From IMG/VR virus record IMGVR_UViG_3300050196_000225, positions 1 through 64,000 of that record: a DNA stretch of 64,000 bases; one strand, written 5' to 3'. The notes under the pieces were generated by a model that worked only from the letters and a program-made list of their open reading frames with translations, did no database searches and was not told where the DNA came from. The stretch is from a virus. The position numbers were made by a program, and so were the translations under genes. Positions 16,474-24,572 of the stretch are shown here, piece after piece. Position 1 is the stretch's first letter, and each line of letters begins with the position of its first letter.

Positions 16474-16493
16474 GTGTTGTTGATGTATGTATT
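16474..16493 (-). promoter_or_regulatory. -10 plus conserved-leader element
   Basis: The minus strand reads cacAATACATACATCAACAACAcgacaacgaaccgagaaaaccATG. Confidence 0.5.
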
Positions 16494-16613
16494 GTGCATG
16501 CCCGACACAGGAGGTGGGTTGGCGTTTGAAAGCGTTCCTGGCCTGTGGTTTGGTGCTTGGCCAGGCCTGACGCTCCATAAGCCTGCATGTGCCTGGTTGG
16601 GCCTAGGAATATG

Positions 16614-16637
16614 CATACAAAAGGGCTTGCGCCCTTT
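16614..16637 (-). terminator. Stem-loop terminator after ORF 16641-17069
   Basis: The minus strand reads AAAGGGC-gcaa-GCCCTTT-TGTAT. Confidence 0.5.
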
Positions 16638-16640
16638 GGT

Positions 16641-17069
16641 TTACGAGATCTGCACCTCTGCACCATTTTGCGTGAAATACAGTTCATCGGTGTCGCTGAA
16701 GTAGAGCGCTTGACCGTGTTTCTCGTCACAATGCAGTTCGTCGCTGCCCGCGTGCTCGTTGATGTATTCGAGCATCAACACCGCTGCATCGTCTTGAATG
16801 AAACGCGGTGCGTAGTGCAGCGACAGCGCGCGTGCAAGCTCGGGCATGTTGTCGAGATTGCTTTTTTCGCTGATCACTTCGCCCGTGATCATATCGACAG
16901 TGCGCGAGAAAATCGCATGGTCGTTGCTGAATACGTCTTCGGTGTTGGTTTGGTCAACCACAACATAAGTCGCGTGAACACGATTGTTCACGCACTTTGC
17001 GTAAAGGGTGTGAAACATTTGCACCTTGTTGAATTGTGCGCATGCGGTAGTAATTTCGTTTTGGTTCAT
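16641..17069 (-). CDS. hypothetical protein
   Basis: 142-aa ORF with a leader element upstream and a hairpin downstream. Confidence 0.6.
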   Translation of the reverse strand: MNQNEITTACAQFNKVQMFHTLYAKCVNNRVHATYVVVDQTNTEDVFSNDHAIFSRTVDMITGEVISEKSNLDNMPELARALSLHYAPRFIQDDAAVLMLEYINEHAGSDELHCDEKHGQALYFSDTDELYFTQNGAEVQIS

Positions 17070-17086
17070 GATGAAAACGTAATATG

Positions 17087-17108
17087 TTTTGTTTCGGTGT
17101 ATGTATTG
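17087..17108 (-). promoter_or_regulatory. -10 plus conserved-leader element
   Basis: The minus strand reads caacAATACATACACCGAAACAAAAcatattacgttttcatcATG. Confidence 0.45.
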
Positions 17109-17172
17109 TTGTGCGCGATCACAGGAAATGTGCAGGAAAGCGCATCAGCGCCTGACCGAGATCCAACTATGT

Positions 17173-17212
17173 TCAAGGCACGCCAAGGAACGTCAAGGAA
17201 CGCCAAGGAACG
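17173..17212. repeat. 10-bp tandem repeat x4 (CAAGGMACGY)
   Basis: tcaaggcacg ccaaggaacg tcaaggaacg ccaaggaacg. Related single copies (ccaaggaacgcc, gtcaaggatcg, gccaaggaccgg) occur at about 15095-15175. Confidence 0.65.
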
Positions 17213-17611
17213 CCACACCGACTGCAGGTCACGATTTCAGGCAAAAGCCAAGTCAAGTTTGGATTGTCAAGCGGTGGACAAAACGTCCAACAAGTCCCAA
17301 GGACAGCGCAAAAGCCTCGCGCGCACGCAGGATCTTTTGAAAAGAAGTTCGCCTGAAAGACCAGGTTTAACTTGAGGTGTATTGGCCCCTCCGATGAGGA
17401 AACCTAGTGGAAGAACAAGCCCCCCTTACCCCCCGTAGCACTTTCCTACAGGAGACAAGGAGGACAAGTTCCGCCAGGTTTCACACATCGGAGGCTATCC
17501 GCGTATGACACACCAACAGGCAAGAACAAGCCCCTAGAAGAAGAAGCGACTCCTGAGAGAACCTAGCCATTTGGCACAGTGATCAGGGAAGCAATTTGCG
17601 ATCACTGTAGC

Positions 17612-17625
17612 TCAGGAGTGACTGA
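17612..17625. promoter_or_regulatory. Palindrome-family copy TCAggagTGACTGA
   Basis: It lies immediately 3' of ORF 17630-17998, at the head of a 560-bp ORF-free stretch. The adjacent hairpin is cagtgatc-N15-gatcactg. Confidence 0.4.
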
Positions 17626-17629
17626 TCTG

Positions 17630-17998
17630 TCAAGAGGCAAACCTGTGCTTGTTGCGCTCGAACCAGTCGCAGGACTCCCATGCCCAGTCTTCACTGCTGG
17701 AAGTCCCACCGCCCTGGTAGTCATCCGAGTTCAGCTTCACCCAGCGGAACTGCCCTGCATACTCTTTGCCCCAGACTGCGCCCATGTCTTCGATGTAGTA
17801 GCCCATGCTCATCAGCTCGGCAATGCGCTCAGAACCGAGCACAGAAAATCCATGAGCCCTGATCAGGGACTTCGCTTCACGCACTGTTTTGGCTTCAAGG
17901 GCTGCGAGCGTGCGGCCGGACTCGATACTGTGGACCGTGACCTCGACCCAGTTGGAGGCGTGAAGAATCACGGTGGTGATGTGAGGAGCGGTTTGCAT
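17630..17998 (-). CDS. hypothetical protein
   Basis: 122-aa ORF with the leader element upstream. Confidence 0.6.
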   Translation of the reverse strand: MQTAPHITTVILHASNWVEVTVHSIESGRTLAALEAKTVREAKSLIRAHGFSVLGSERIAELMSMGYYIEDMGAVWGKEYAGQFRWVKLNSDDYQGGGTSSSEDWAWESCDWFERNKHRFAS

Positions 17999-18013
17999 GT
18001 TCGTCTTCGGTTG

Positions 18014-18035
18014 CTTGTTGCGATGAATGAATTTT
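18014..18035 (-). promoter_or_regulatory. -10 plus conserved-leader element
   Basis: The minus strand reads gaggtcAAAATTCATTCATCGCAACAAGcaaccgaagacgaacATG. Confidence 0.5.
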
Positions 18036-18430
18036 GACCTCTATACTCAGGCTATGGTCACCACCCGCCAGGCACGCCACACGCCTATCCTTGCCGCCTA
18101 TCCTGCTCGCGCCTTGGCAGCCAATGCCTGTAACGCTCGCAGGCCTGCAGGATCGCAACTTCTAGGCCTGGCCAGGATAGCCTGTCAGCCTGTAGGCCAG
18201 GTAACGCCTCGGCAAGCCTCGGCAGCGCCAGGCGCAAAAATTGGCCGTCACTGGATCAGGACAGCCTGGGCGGTGGGTGGCCAGGTGGAAGGGGTAAGAG
18301 AGGGTGGAAAGTTGGCGACGATTGAAGGGTGGAATACCACCCACCCACTTTTTGCTTAGACGTAGGCAACTCGTCACCCACCCACTTTCACCTTACGCCT
18401 ACACCTAGTCTTCCTTCTCTTCTACAAACC

Positions 18431-18571
18431 TCACCCGCCTGACGCGATCTCTATACAGGCGATCAATGCCTCTTCCCATGAGCTGACCGTGATGTAGGTT
18501 GGCTCTTTGAGTTCTGGTATCTTGAACTTGATCGTTCCGTCAGGCTCTTCTGTCCAGTTGAACTTCTTCAT
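18431..18571 (-). CDS. possible small protein (46 aa)
   Basis: Hand-translated as MKKFNWTEEPDGTIKFKIPELKEPTYITVSSWEEALIACIEIASGG. The RBS is weak. Confidence 0.3.
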   Translation of the reverse strand: MKKFNWTEEPDGTIKFKIPELKEPTYITVSSWEEALIACIEIASGG

Positions 18572-18603
18572 CCTGTCGATGAGCGTTTGCGGTATTTGGA
18601 TGG

Positions 18604-18798
18604 TCACGGTGCTTTTGGTTCGGTTGCGACGTGTTGATTGTCTTGTGCTGACGTTGGCTGTGGGTTGGCGCTTTTCTCTTGTTCCTTTGTTCTGACGCTG
18701 TAGATCGCCTGTGTTGTTCCTTTGGAGAACTCGTAGATTGATCCGTTTTCCATTGTCATGGTCAGGATGTCGATGTTGACTTTCATTGGCGTCACCAT
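18604..18798 (-). CDS. hypothetical small protein
   Basis: 64-aa ORF. ATG 18786 is an alternative start. It overlaps or abuts the upstream gene's stop. Confidence 0.45.
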   Translation of the reverse strand: MVTPMKVNIDILTMTMENGSIYEFSKGTTQAIYSVRTKEQEKSANPQPTSAQDNQHVATEPKAP

Positions 18799-19331
18799 GC
18801 TTGGTCCGCTTGTGTTTTGGGTTGATCCTGGTTCTGAGGTTTGCCTGGCAGCTCAGCCTTGTTGATTTTTCTCCTGTAGGTTGAATTTGGTGGCACTTCC
18901 GATCCAGCGCTGGCGGTTTTCCTCCAATTGCCCGATCTCATCAATTTCTCGTCTTCTGGTTCGAGGATGTCGTCTGTGTCCAGACAGATGTAGTCTGGCA
19001 TTGGATCGAATGGGCCGATCTTTCTCCTGTAAAGAATGTCGTCGCGATGGAGCCTGGCTTCCTCCACCCTTTCGCCTTGTGCTTTGCTGTCCTCCCAGCC
19101 GAAGTCGCATCGAAACTGGTCGCCTGGCCTGATGACGTCGTCGGGCTTCAGGAACCGGTATTGCTCTTTTCGGATGACTGACACGTCTCTTGCGTCGAGG
19201 CCGACGGACAGCTCGACCTCACGCCACTCTTTTGAATCTGCGAAGATTTTGTCGCCTGGCTTGATGATCTCGTGTGCTGCCAGCTTTCTGTAGCCTACTG
19301 GCACGGTTATTACGCTTGTTTCGTATGCCAT
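18792..19331 (-). CDS. repeat-module protein with a PKT..D.AW tail
   Basis: 179 aa with three units of about 50 aa: GYRKLAAHEIIKPGDKIF..W, YRFLKPDDVIRPGDQF..W, and DYICLDTDDILEPEDEKL..W. Ends DQPKTQADQAW. Confidence 0.6.
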   Translation of the reverse strand: MAYETSVITVPVGYRKLAAHEIIKPGDKIFADSKEWREVELSVGLDARDVSVIRKEQYRFLKPDDVIRPGDQFRCDFGWEDSKAQGERVEEARLHRDDILYRRKIGPFDPMPDYICLDTDDILEPEDEKLMRSGNWRKTASAGSEVPPNSTYRRKINKAELPGKPQNQDQPKTQADQAW

Positions 19332-19385
19332 TGTTTTGCTCTCGTGAAACTTTCGAAATTGGGTTCGCCTGGCAGCTCAGGCTTC

Positions 19386-19907
19386 TTACCAGGCGTCGTC
19401 GGTGATGGTTTTGGGTTTGTCGGGGCTGAAAGTTGGCCCGCTCTTTCTGGCGAATATGTAGTTGGCGGTGGCTTTGCCGCCTTTCGGAGAGTGCTGACGG
19501 CCGTCCTTGCTTATCGCAAAGTCAGTGACGAAAACTTGCCCACCTTCGTTGATCCACTCATAGTTATTTGGCGGCGCCGGCTCGATCATTGGGTTGGCTT
19601 CTTTGCCGGTTGTCATGCCGAGCGCTGCGAGAATTGGCTTGTCGGTCCATTCGTCGTTCTTCCAAAGAAGCATGCCTTCTTTGACTTGAGCTGGATGATT
19701 GACTGGTCTGTAGCCTGGCGGTGCGCCATCTGGGTTGGGCCTGGCTGTGAGCTTAGCGTTGCTGTCCAGCAGTGATTTGCCCAGTTCCGAAGGCACAGAC
19801 TCACGCCATTGCCCTACATCAGGCAGCCATAACAGGTCCAGCGCCTTCACATAACCGTTGTGGACAATGCGGTAGCCGGGCGGAAGTGTTTTGTGCATCT
19901 TGATCAC
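19386..19907 (-). CDS. repeat-module protein with a PKT..D.AW tail
   Basis: 173 aa with repeats PPGYRIVHNGYV..W..W, PPGYRPVNHPAQVKEGMLLW..W and PPNNYEWINEGG. Ends DKPKTITDDAW. Confidence 0.6.
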   Translation of the reverse strand: MIKMHKTLPPGYRIVHNGYVKALDLLWLPDVGQWRESVPSELGKSLLDSNAKLTARPNPDGAPPGYRPVNHPAQVKEGMLLWKNDEWTDKPILAALGMTTGKEANPMIEPAPPNNYEWINEGGQVFVTDFAISKDGRQHSPKGGKATANYIFARKSGPTFSPDKPKTITDDAW

Positions 19908-20338
19908 CAGGCTTCTCCTTCATCAACGATGGTTTTGGGTTTGTCGGCGCGCTTGCGCTCGATCTCGATCATGACCGGGCACGCCACGCACTTCCACTGG
20001 TAACCGCGGCCGCAGGACAGGTCGGTCGTTTCCGGGCCGCAGCCTTCCTCGACCATGCGTTTCCAGTGACGGCCATCGCGGTTGGTGGGTGGCAAGTGTT
20101 TGGCCTTCCACCAGTTTTCGCCAAGCACGTCGGGATCGACACCCCGGTCAGGGTCAGGCTGGGCCTGCCTGATGATGCCCGCGAAGCTGGAGACTCCCAG
20201 ATTCAGGAAGGTCGATCGGTTGTCGATGTCGCTCCAAGTTTTTTGCGCCTCGTTCCAGCGTCTGTCGCCATGCTTGGGAAAGCCTTCAATGACCTTCACC
20301 CAGCCTGTTGGTATAGCTCCATGTGTGTCTTGTGTCAT
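19904..20338 (-). CDS. protein with a PKT..D.AW tail
   Basis: 144 aa with N-terminal IPTGWVKVIEGFPKHGDRRW..W. Ends DKPKTIVDEGEAW. GTGA overlap with the next gene. Confidence 0.6.
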   Translation of the reverse strand: MTQDTHGAIPTGWVKVIEGFPKHGDRRWNEAQKTWSDIDNRSTFLNLGVSSFAGIIRQAQPDPDRGVDPDVLGENWWKAKHLPPTNRDGRHWKRMVEEGCGPETTDLSCGRGYQWKCVACPVMIEIERKRADKPKTIVDEGEAW

Positions 20339-20642
20339 GGTCTGATTGTGCTGTGCTGACCCAGGCGGCGGGCACGGCCTGGTTGGTGTGCCTGAGCGCT
20401 TGCCTGGTCACTTGGGCCAAAACTCATTAAACGCGTTTTAAGCGCTTACGGGCGCTCGGGTAGGTCGAGGTATTGACGACCTTGTGGAAGTCGATTGTGG
20501 GTCGATCTGACGCGATCCTGAAGGTCTTGCGGGCTCTGACTTAGCCCGAACTTAGCTCAACCAGGCAAGACCGACCGCAAATGGCCAAAAAGCCTTATAG
20601 ATCAACCACTTAGCCAATTAGCTTCCTTGGCAACAATTGATC

Positions 20643-20674
20643 AAAAATACCAGGCACATTTGTCAAGTGCCTGG
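20643..20674 (-). terminator. Rho-independent terminator
   Basis: The minus strand reads CCAGGCAC-ttgacaaat-GTGCCTGG-TATTTTTG, 10 nt after the stop at 20684. Confidence 0.7.
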
Positions 20675-20683
20675 CTATTTAAT

Positions 20684-20935
20684 TTATTCGAGAATGAACT
20701 CGTCGCCAACGACGAAACCGAGCGTTTTGATCGCCTCAATTACCTTTTTGGGCAGCACGCCAACACCGTCGTAATCGACCAATTCATTGGACTCAAACCA
20801 CAGGCCGCCACCTGAGCCTGTATCTGCATGCTCGAAGTAACCATATTTGGCTTTGTTGTCAATTTGAACCTCCCATTTGCCAATGGTGGTCTTCTTATCG
20901 AAGTCGTAGGAGTTCTCGCTCATAGGGCAGCTCAT
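20684..20935 (-). CDS. hypothetical protein
   Basis: ORF with an uncertain start: ATG 20935 or 20923. The track start at 20965 would overlap the upstream gene. Confidence 0.5.
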   Translation of the reverse strand: MSCPMSENSYDFDKKTTIGKWEVQIDNKAKYGYFEHADTGSGGGLWFESNELVDYDGVGVLPKKVIEAIKTLGFVVGDEFILE

Positions 20936-20952
20936 TTCAGGTTGGATTTGCA

Positions 20953-21318
20953 TTACAGGATGCACTTGGCGGTTGCCAAGTTGTTGTGGTTGGCGTGCCC
21001 GAGGTATTCGAGCGCCACTGTGAATCCGCTTGACGCGACACGGGCGACGACTTCGCGCTTGGCGTTGAGGACCACACCCGACAGCTCAGGCATGTCACGG
21101 TTCATTCGGCCCTGCTCGAACCAGGCTTCGCAGCTAGTCACGTAGAACGCTTTGGCTTCGCCAAGGTTGTTACAGCGCACGGGCGCGCGGCCAAAGACGT
21201 AAATCAGCACGGGCTCAGCGTGCTCGGCGTGCGATTCGGGGTGCTCAAGGAACAGATGCACGCCGCGAATGGCGCTTTTTCGGTGGTCTGCCCGTGCGTA
21301 GGCTTCGGTCGGGGTCAT
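20953..21318 (-). CDS. hypothetical protein
   Basis: 121-aa ORF behind a leader element. Confidence 0.6.
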   Translation of the reverse strand: MTPTEAYARADHRKSAIRGVHLFLEHPESHAEHAEPVLIYVFGRAPVRCNNLGEAKAFYVTSCEAWFEQGRMNRDMPELSGVVLNAKREVVARVASSGFTVALEYLGHANHNNLATAKCIL

Positions 21319-21334
21319 GTTATGCGCTCTCGGT

Positions 21335-21372
21335 TGTTTGTTGCGATGAATGTATTATTCACCCGTGACTGA
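21335..21372 (-). promoter_or_regulatory. Palindrome copy fused to a -10 plus leader element
   Basis: The minus strand reads ctCAGTCAcgggTGAATAATACATTCATCGCAACAAACaaccgagagcgcataacATG. It overlaps the last codons of ORF 21355-21579. Confidence 0.5.
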
Positions 21373-21579
21373 GGGGCTGCGCTGGACAATGGGCTCGATC
21401 CAGACCTCTTTGAACCCATAGGCCCACGCAGTGATCTTGCCCGCATTCAGGTTGGCCAGGTGGCGCGCAGACGAACCGGACGCCATTGGAAGCAGCCGGC
21501 TTGCCTCTTTGAGCGCTTGGTCGGCGCTGTCGTAGGTGCCGCCTTGCGCACCTGGTCCTGAGACTTTGAAGCGCGTCAT
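21355..21579 (-). CDS. hypothetical protein
   Basis: 74-aa ORF. ATGA overlap with the upstream gene. Confidence 0.5.
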   Translation of the reverse strand: MTRFKVSGPGAQGGTYDSADQALKEASRLLPMASGSSARHLANLNAGKITAWAYGFKEVWIEPIVQRSPSVTGE

Positions 21580-21782
21580 GTTCTCAGGCTCCCGTCAGGG
21601 TTGTAGTGAGGCACGGTCGGGTGGTTGGCGTGGTCGACCACCTTCTTTGCCTCTTCGTAGCTGGCGTGTCTGGTCCTGATGCCGTTCTGGTCCTCGACGT
21701 AGTATTCGGTGCGACCAGGCAGGTAGCGGGTCAGCACGCAGGCTTTCTCGCGCTTGGCGATGGGTGTCACTGCGTTAATCAC
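21576..21782 (-). CDS. hypothetical protein
   Basis: 68 aa from GTG 21782, an 8-nt overlap (GTGATTAA) with the upstream stop. The track start at 21824 would overlap by 50 nt. Confidence 0.45.
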   Translation of the reverse strand: MINAVTPIAKREKACVLTRYLPGRTEYYVEDQNGIRTRHASYEEAKKVVDHANHPTVPHYNPDGSLRT

Positions 21783-22128
21783 AGTCGGCTCCTTCGTGGT
21801 CGACAATCTTGGCCAGGCGGGCATCCAAGAAACGCTTGGAGATCAGAACCTCGGCGTCGAGTAGGCTCTCTGGACCAGTGCAGTCGCACACCAGGCGCGT
21901 GCGCAGCGGGTTTTCATAGAAGACCCACAGGCGTTGACTGCCGACGTTCTCCAGGTAGAAGTTGCCAAGCGCGCCTTCGGGCGTTCGCGCGACAGCGTTG
22001 GCGTCATAGATCACCAGGACGTCGTCGCTGCCTCTTTGCAGTAGGTGGACCTCATCGGTGTCGCAGTTGATGAAGTGGCGATAGAGAGTGTTGTCAGGAC
22101 CGTGCCTGAAGTGTCTGATGAATGGCAT
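21775..22128 (-). CDS. hypothetical protein
   Basis: 117-aa ORF. 1-nt stop/start overlap (TAATG) with the upstream gene. Confidence 0.55.
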   Translation of the reverse strand: MPFIRHFRHGPDNTLYRHFINCDTDEVHLLQRGSDDVLVIYDANAVARTPEGALGNFYLENVGSQRLWVFYENPLRTRLVCDCTGPESLLDAEVLISKRFLDARLAKIVDHEGADCD

Positions 22129-22406
22129 TACAGCTCCAAGCTAAGGTAGGGCTTGACCATCTGGGCAAAGCGCTTGCTCAGGACTGCGAAGTTCTTCATC
22201 GTTGGCGCCAGGACGTCGCCAACCGCGATGTGGTTTTTGCTGTAGAGCGGATCAGTGGTCGGCAAACGCGTGCCGGTGATCTTGGTGATGGAATATGTGA
22301 TGGGTTCGTCATTCGCCCATGTGGTCGCGAGGACCAGCGTTAGCCCGAACTCATGCGCGAAGTTGGAATACTCCTGGTGAACCGTGACTTCTATTTTGTC
22401 TGCCAT
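22128..22406 (-). CDS. hypothetical protein
   Basis: 92-aa ORF behind a leader element. Confidence 0.55.
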   Translation of the reverse strand: MADKIEVTVHQEYSNFAHEFGLTLVLATTWANDEPITYSITKITGTRLPTTDPLYSKNHIAVGDVLAPTMKNFAVLSKRFAQMVKPYLSLEL

Positions 22407-22420
22407 GCTGCTCTCGCTTG

Positions 22421-22494
22421 CTTGTTTCGATGGGTTAATTGTGACGACCGCATGCAGGCGACGGTCGTCACCGCTGACTTATCCAGTCAGCGCG
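22421..22494 (-). promoter_or_regulatory. Compound control region: two hairpins, a palindrome copy and a -10 plus leader
   Basis: The minus strand reads CTGACTggatAAGTCAGcgGTGACGACCG-N11-CGGTCGTCACAATTaacCCATCGAAACAAGC. Confidence 0.45.
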
Positions 22495-22500
22495 CCAAGA

Positions 22501-23142
22501 TCACTTGGCGTCGAGGGTTTCAACCACCTTGGCGAGCATTTCGGTCAACTCGGTCTTCTTGGCGGCGATCTTCTTGGAGGCGGTCTTGACTTCGCCCAGC
22601 TGAGCGATTTCCGCCTCGATCTTCTTGATGGCGTCGATCAGCTGCGCCTCGGTCAGGGCTTCGACGTCCTGGCCGTAGACGTAGTGCTTGGTGGCAAAGG
22701 CTTGAGTGGAGAGTTGGTTCATGATGTTTCCTTCGATGATTGTGGACAAAGCGTCCTGAAAATTGGTTTCGACACGCTCAAAAATCTGGTTGGCATTGTC
22801 GACGTGGTCCTTGACGGCCATGAGCATCGTTGCGCTTTCGAGTCGAAACTCGAAGTCCTGGCAATCGTAGCGCTGCCAAGTGCGGTCAGGTGGTCCCCCG
22901 CCAGCTTGCTTCCAAAGCAGCATCAGGATAAACGACCTGTGCAGCGTGGTAAGCGGAAGTGCGGTTTCCTCGCGGCCAAGCTCGTGGTAGACACGGGTGA
23001 TGTGGACATTCGTCACGCGCTGAAACTGGCACCATCGTCCGCACCGAATGTCCCGCGAGGTTTTGGCATACCAGGCACCGTCGTTTTGGATGGCCCACAC
23101 ATACTGCGCGGTGAGATAGTCTTGGAGTTGCTCTTGGTTCAC
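22501..23142 (-). CDS. hypothetical protein
   Basis: 213 aa. GTG start with an AGGAG sequence about 10 nt upstream. The C-terminal 70 aa look coiled-coil-like. Confidence 0.55.
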   Translation of the reverse strand: MNQEQLQDYLTAQYVWAIQNDGAWYAKTSRDIRCGRWCQFQRVTNVHITRVYHELGREETALPLTTLHRSFILMLLWKQAGGGPPDRTWQRYDCQDFEFRLESATMLMAVKDHVDNANQIFERVETNFQDALSTIIEGNIMNQLSTQAFATKHYVYGQDVEALTEAQLIDAIKKIEAEIAQLGEVKTASKKIAAKKTELTEMLAKVVETLDAK

Positions 23143-23174
23143 TTCATTTACGCTCCTTTCAAAATGTTTGCTGC

Positions 23175-23199
23175 ATTTGTTTCGACGAATGAATTATTG
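23175..23199 (-). promoter_or_regulatory. -10 plus conserved-leader element
   Basis: The minus strand reads cagtcAATAATTCATTCGTCGAAACAAATgc. Confidence 0.45.
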
Positions 23200-23213
23200 A
23201 CTGCTGATGCAGG

Positions 23214-23417
23214 CTATGTGTTGGAGTTCTTCTGTTGCGCCTTGAGCTTTTCCAGCTGACGCCTGGAGTATTTGCGGGCGCTGGTCACGAGCAAATCGCT
23301 GTGCAGAAAGCCTGCGGACAAAAAGCGCGTCAGACCGTCGACGACTTCCAACAGTCCGAACTGCATGTTGTAGATGCGGCCAGCTGGATTCTTGTTTCTT
23401 TGGAAGGGGTTTTTCAT
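23214..23417 (-). CDS. hypothetical small protein (67 aa)
   Basis: Start set at ATG 23417 (MKNPFQRNKN...), 1 nt after the upstream stop. Confidence 0.45.
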   Translation of the reverse strand: MKNPFQRNKNPAGRIYNMQFGLLEVVDGLTRFLSAGFLHSDLLVTSARKYSRRQLEKLKAQQKNSNT

Positions 23418-23418
23418 T

Positions 23419-23784
23419 TCAGTTTCCCTGTTCGCACATATCCGCCATGAGAAGCAAGGACATGATTCTGTGCTCGCGTCCCGCTGGCGTTGAGTTTTTG
23501 TTCCAAAACGCATGCTCTCCACAGTCCTTAGAGCCAATTGCGTAGGCAGCCCGTGCGGAAATTTGACCATGCGCGATAACTTTTGGCGCTCTGTGCGGCT
23601 CAAATCCAGCGGAGAATTGAGCTATGTAAAAATACAAGTCGCCTATGCTGAACTTCTCGTCAGCCAAGCTAATTGCCGTTTGTATTGCTTTGCAGGTAAA
23701 GGCATGCGTGCCGTCTGCCAGTAATTCTGCCGCATGCCTGTAAATTTCAGGATTTGGGACGGCGGGCGGTTTATAGTCCTTCAT
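23419..23784 (-). CDS. hypothetical protein
   Basis: 121 aa from ATG 23784 (ATGA overlap). Confidence 0.5.
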   Translation of the reverse strand: MKDYKPPAVPNPEIYRHAAELLADGTHAFTCKAIQTAISLADEKFSIGDLYFYIAQFSAGFEPHRAPKVIAHGQISARAAYAIGSKDCGEHAFWNKNSTPAGREHRIMSLLLMADMCEQGN

Positions 23785-24089
23785 GCCATCACCTCGCATT
23801 TGTTCCAATCAACCTTATCGGGGTTGTATGACGCATAGCCACGAATCTTGGAGCGCTTGTCGCCGTGATGCTCGCGGAACTTCACTGTGCGGCCAACTTG
23901 CCCAAAAGCCAAACGCAGTTTGGTCAGGTCAGAATCCTCTTCGAGGTAGGCAAAGCCTCCCCGCATGTAGGAATAGCTGCTGATTTTTTCGGCCAGCCCG
24001 TAAGACTGGATGTCCTTCAGGCTGACTTTCATCCAGGCATGGCCAGGATCAGCGTAGACGTCAAAGGTTTTGGTTCCTGCGATTTTCAT
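23781..24089 (-). CDS. hypothetical protein
   Basis: 102-aa ORF (DPGHAWMKV...YSYMRGGFAYLEEDSD). ATGA overlap. Confidence 0.55.
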   Translation of the reverse strand: MKIAGTKTFDVYADPGHAWMKVSLKDIQSYGLAEKISSYSYMRGGFAYLEEDSDLTKLRLAFGQVGRTVKFREHHGDKRSKIRGYASYNPDKVDWNKCEVMA

Positions 24090-24313
24090 GACTTGACTCC
24101 AACTTTGGGCAGGTAATAGCGCTTGACCCAGGCGATGTCCGTCTCAGTCATTTCGCGGTCCGGCACGTCGTCCTTCTTGCCGAAGCTGGATTTGCACCAT
24201 GTCTTGATGTTGTAATACCAATAGGTATGCACAACGACCGTAAAGGACAAAACGGTCTGGCGAACTTCCAGAATGTCGCCTCTGAGTTTGAATGTAAGCA
24301 TGGTCAGTTCCAA
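24086..24313 (-). CDS. hypothetical protein
   Basis: 75-aa ORF that overlaps both neighbours. Confidence 0.5.
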   Translation of the reverse strand: MELTMLTFKLRGDILEVRQTVLSFTVVVHTYWYYNIKTWCKSSFGKKDDVPDREMTETDIAWVKRYYLPKVGVKS

Positions 24314-24558
24314 TAGTTTTCAACGTAGGGCGATGCCACGCACTTGATCAGCTGATCCATCGTGACGTCAGGCGCCGCCTCAATCAGCTCGTCCAACTGC
24401 TTGACGAACTCTTGCGCGTCAGGCCCGTCCATGTAGATCGAGAACTGATCGCCCGCCAAGTCGTGAATGACCACGGTCGGCAGCGCTCGGCACAGCTTGA
24501 TCCCGACGTCTTGGCAGCGTGACGCCATGTCAGTGATGACTTGTTCGATGCTTGGCAT
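24304..24558 (-). CDS. hypothetical protein
   Basis: 84-aa acidic ORF behind a leader element. Confidence 0.55.
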   Translation of the reverse strand: MPSIEQVITDMASRCQDVGIKLCRALPTVVIHDLAGDQFSIYMDGPDAQEFVKQLDELIEAAPDVTMDQLIKCVASPYVENYWN

Positions 24559-24572
24559 AAAAGGTGCCCTTG

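Noticed and set aside
17340-17580. Possible tRNA or tmRNA-like genes in the long non-coding spacers (17.1-17.6, 18.0-18.4 and 20.3-20.7 kb)
   Set aside because: Reading both strands I found no GTTCGAATC-type T-arm, no cloverleaf-compatible acceptor pairing and no CCA-proximal stems. A proper tRNAscan or Infernal run is still needed.
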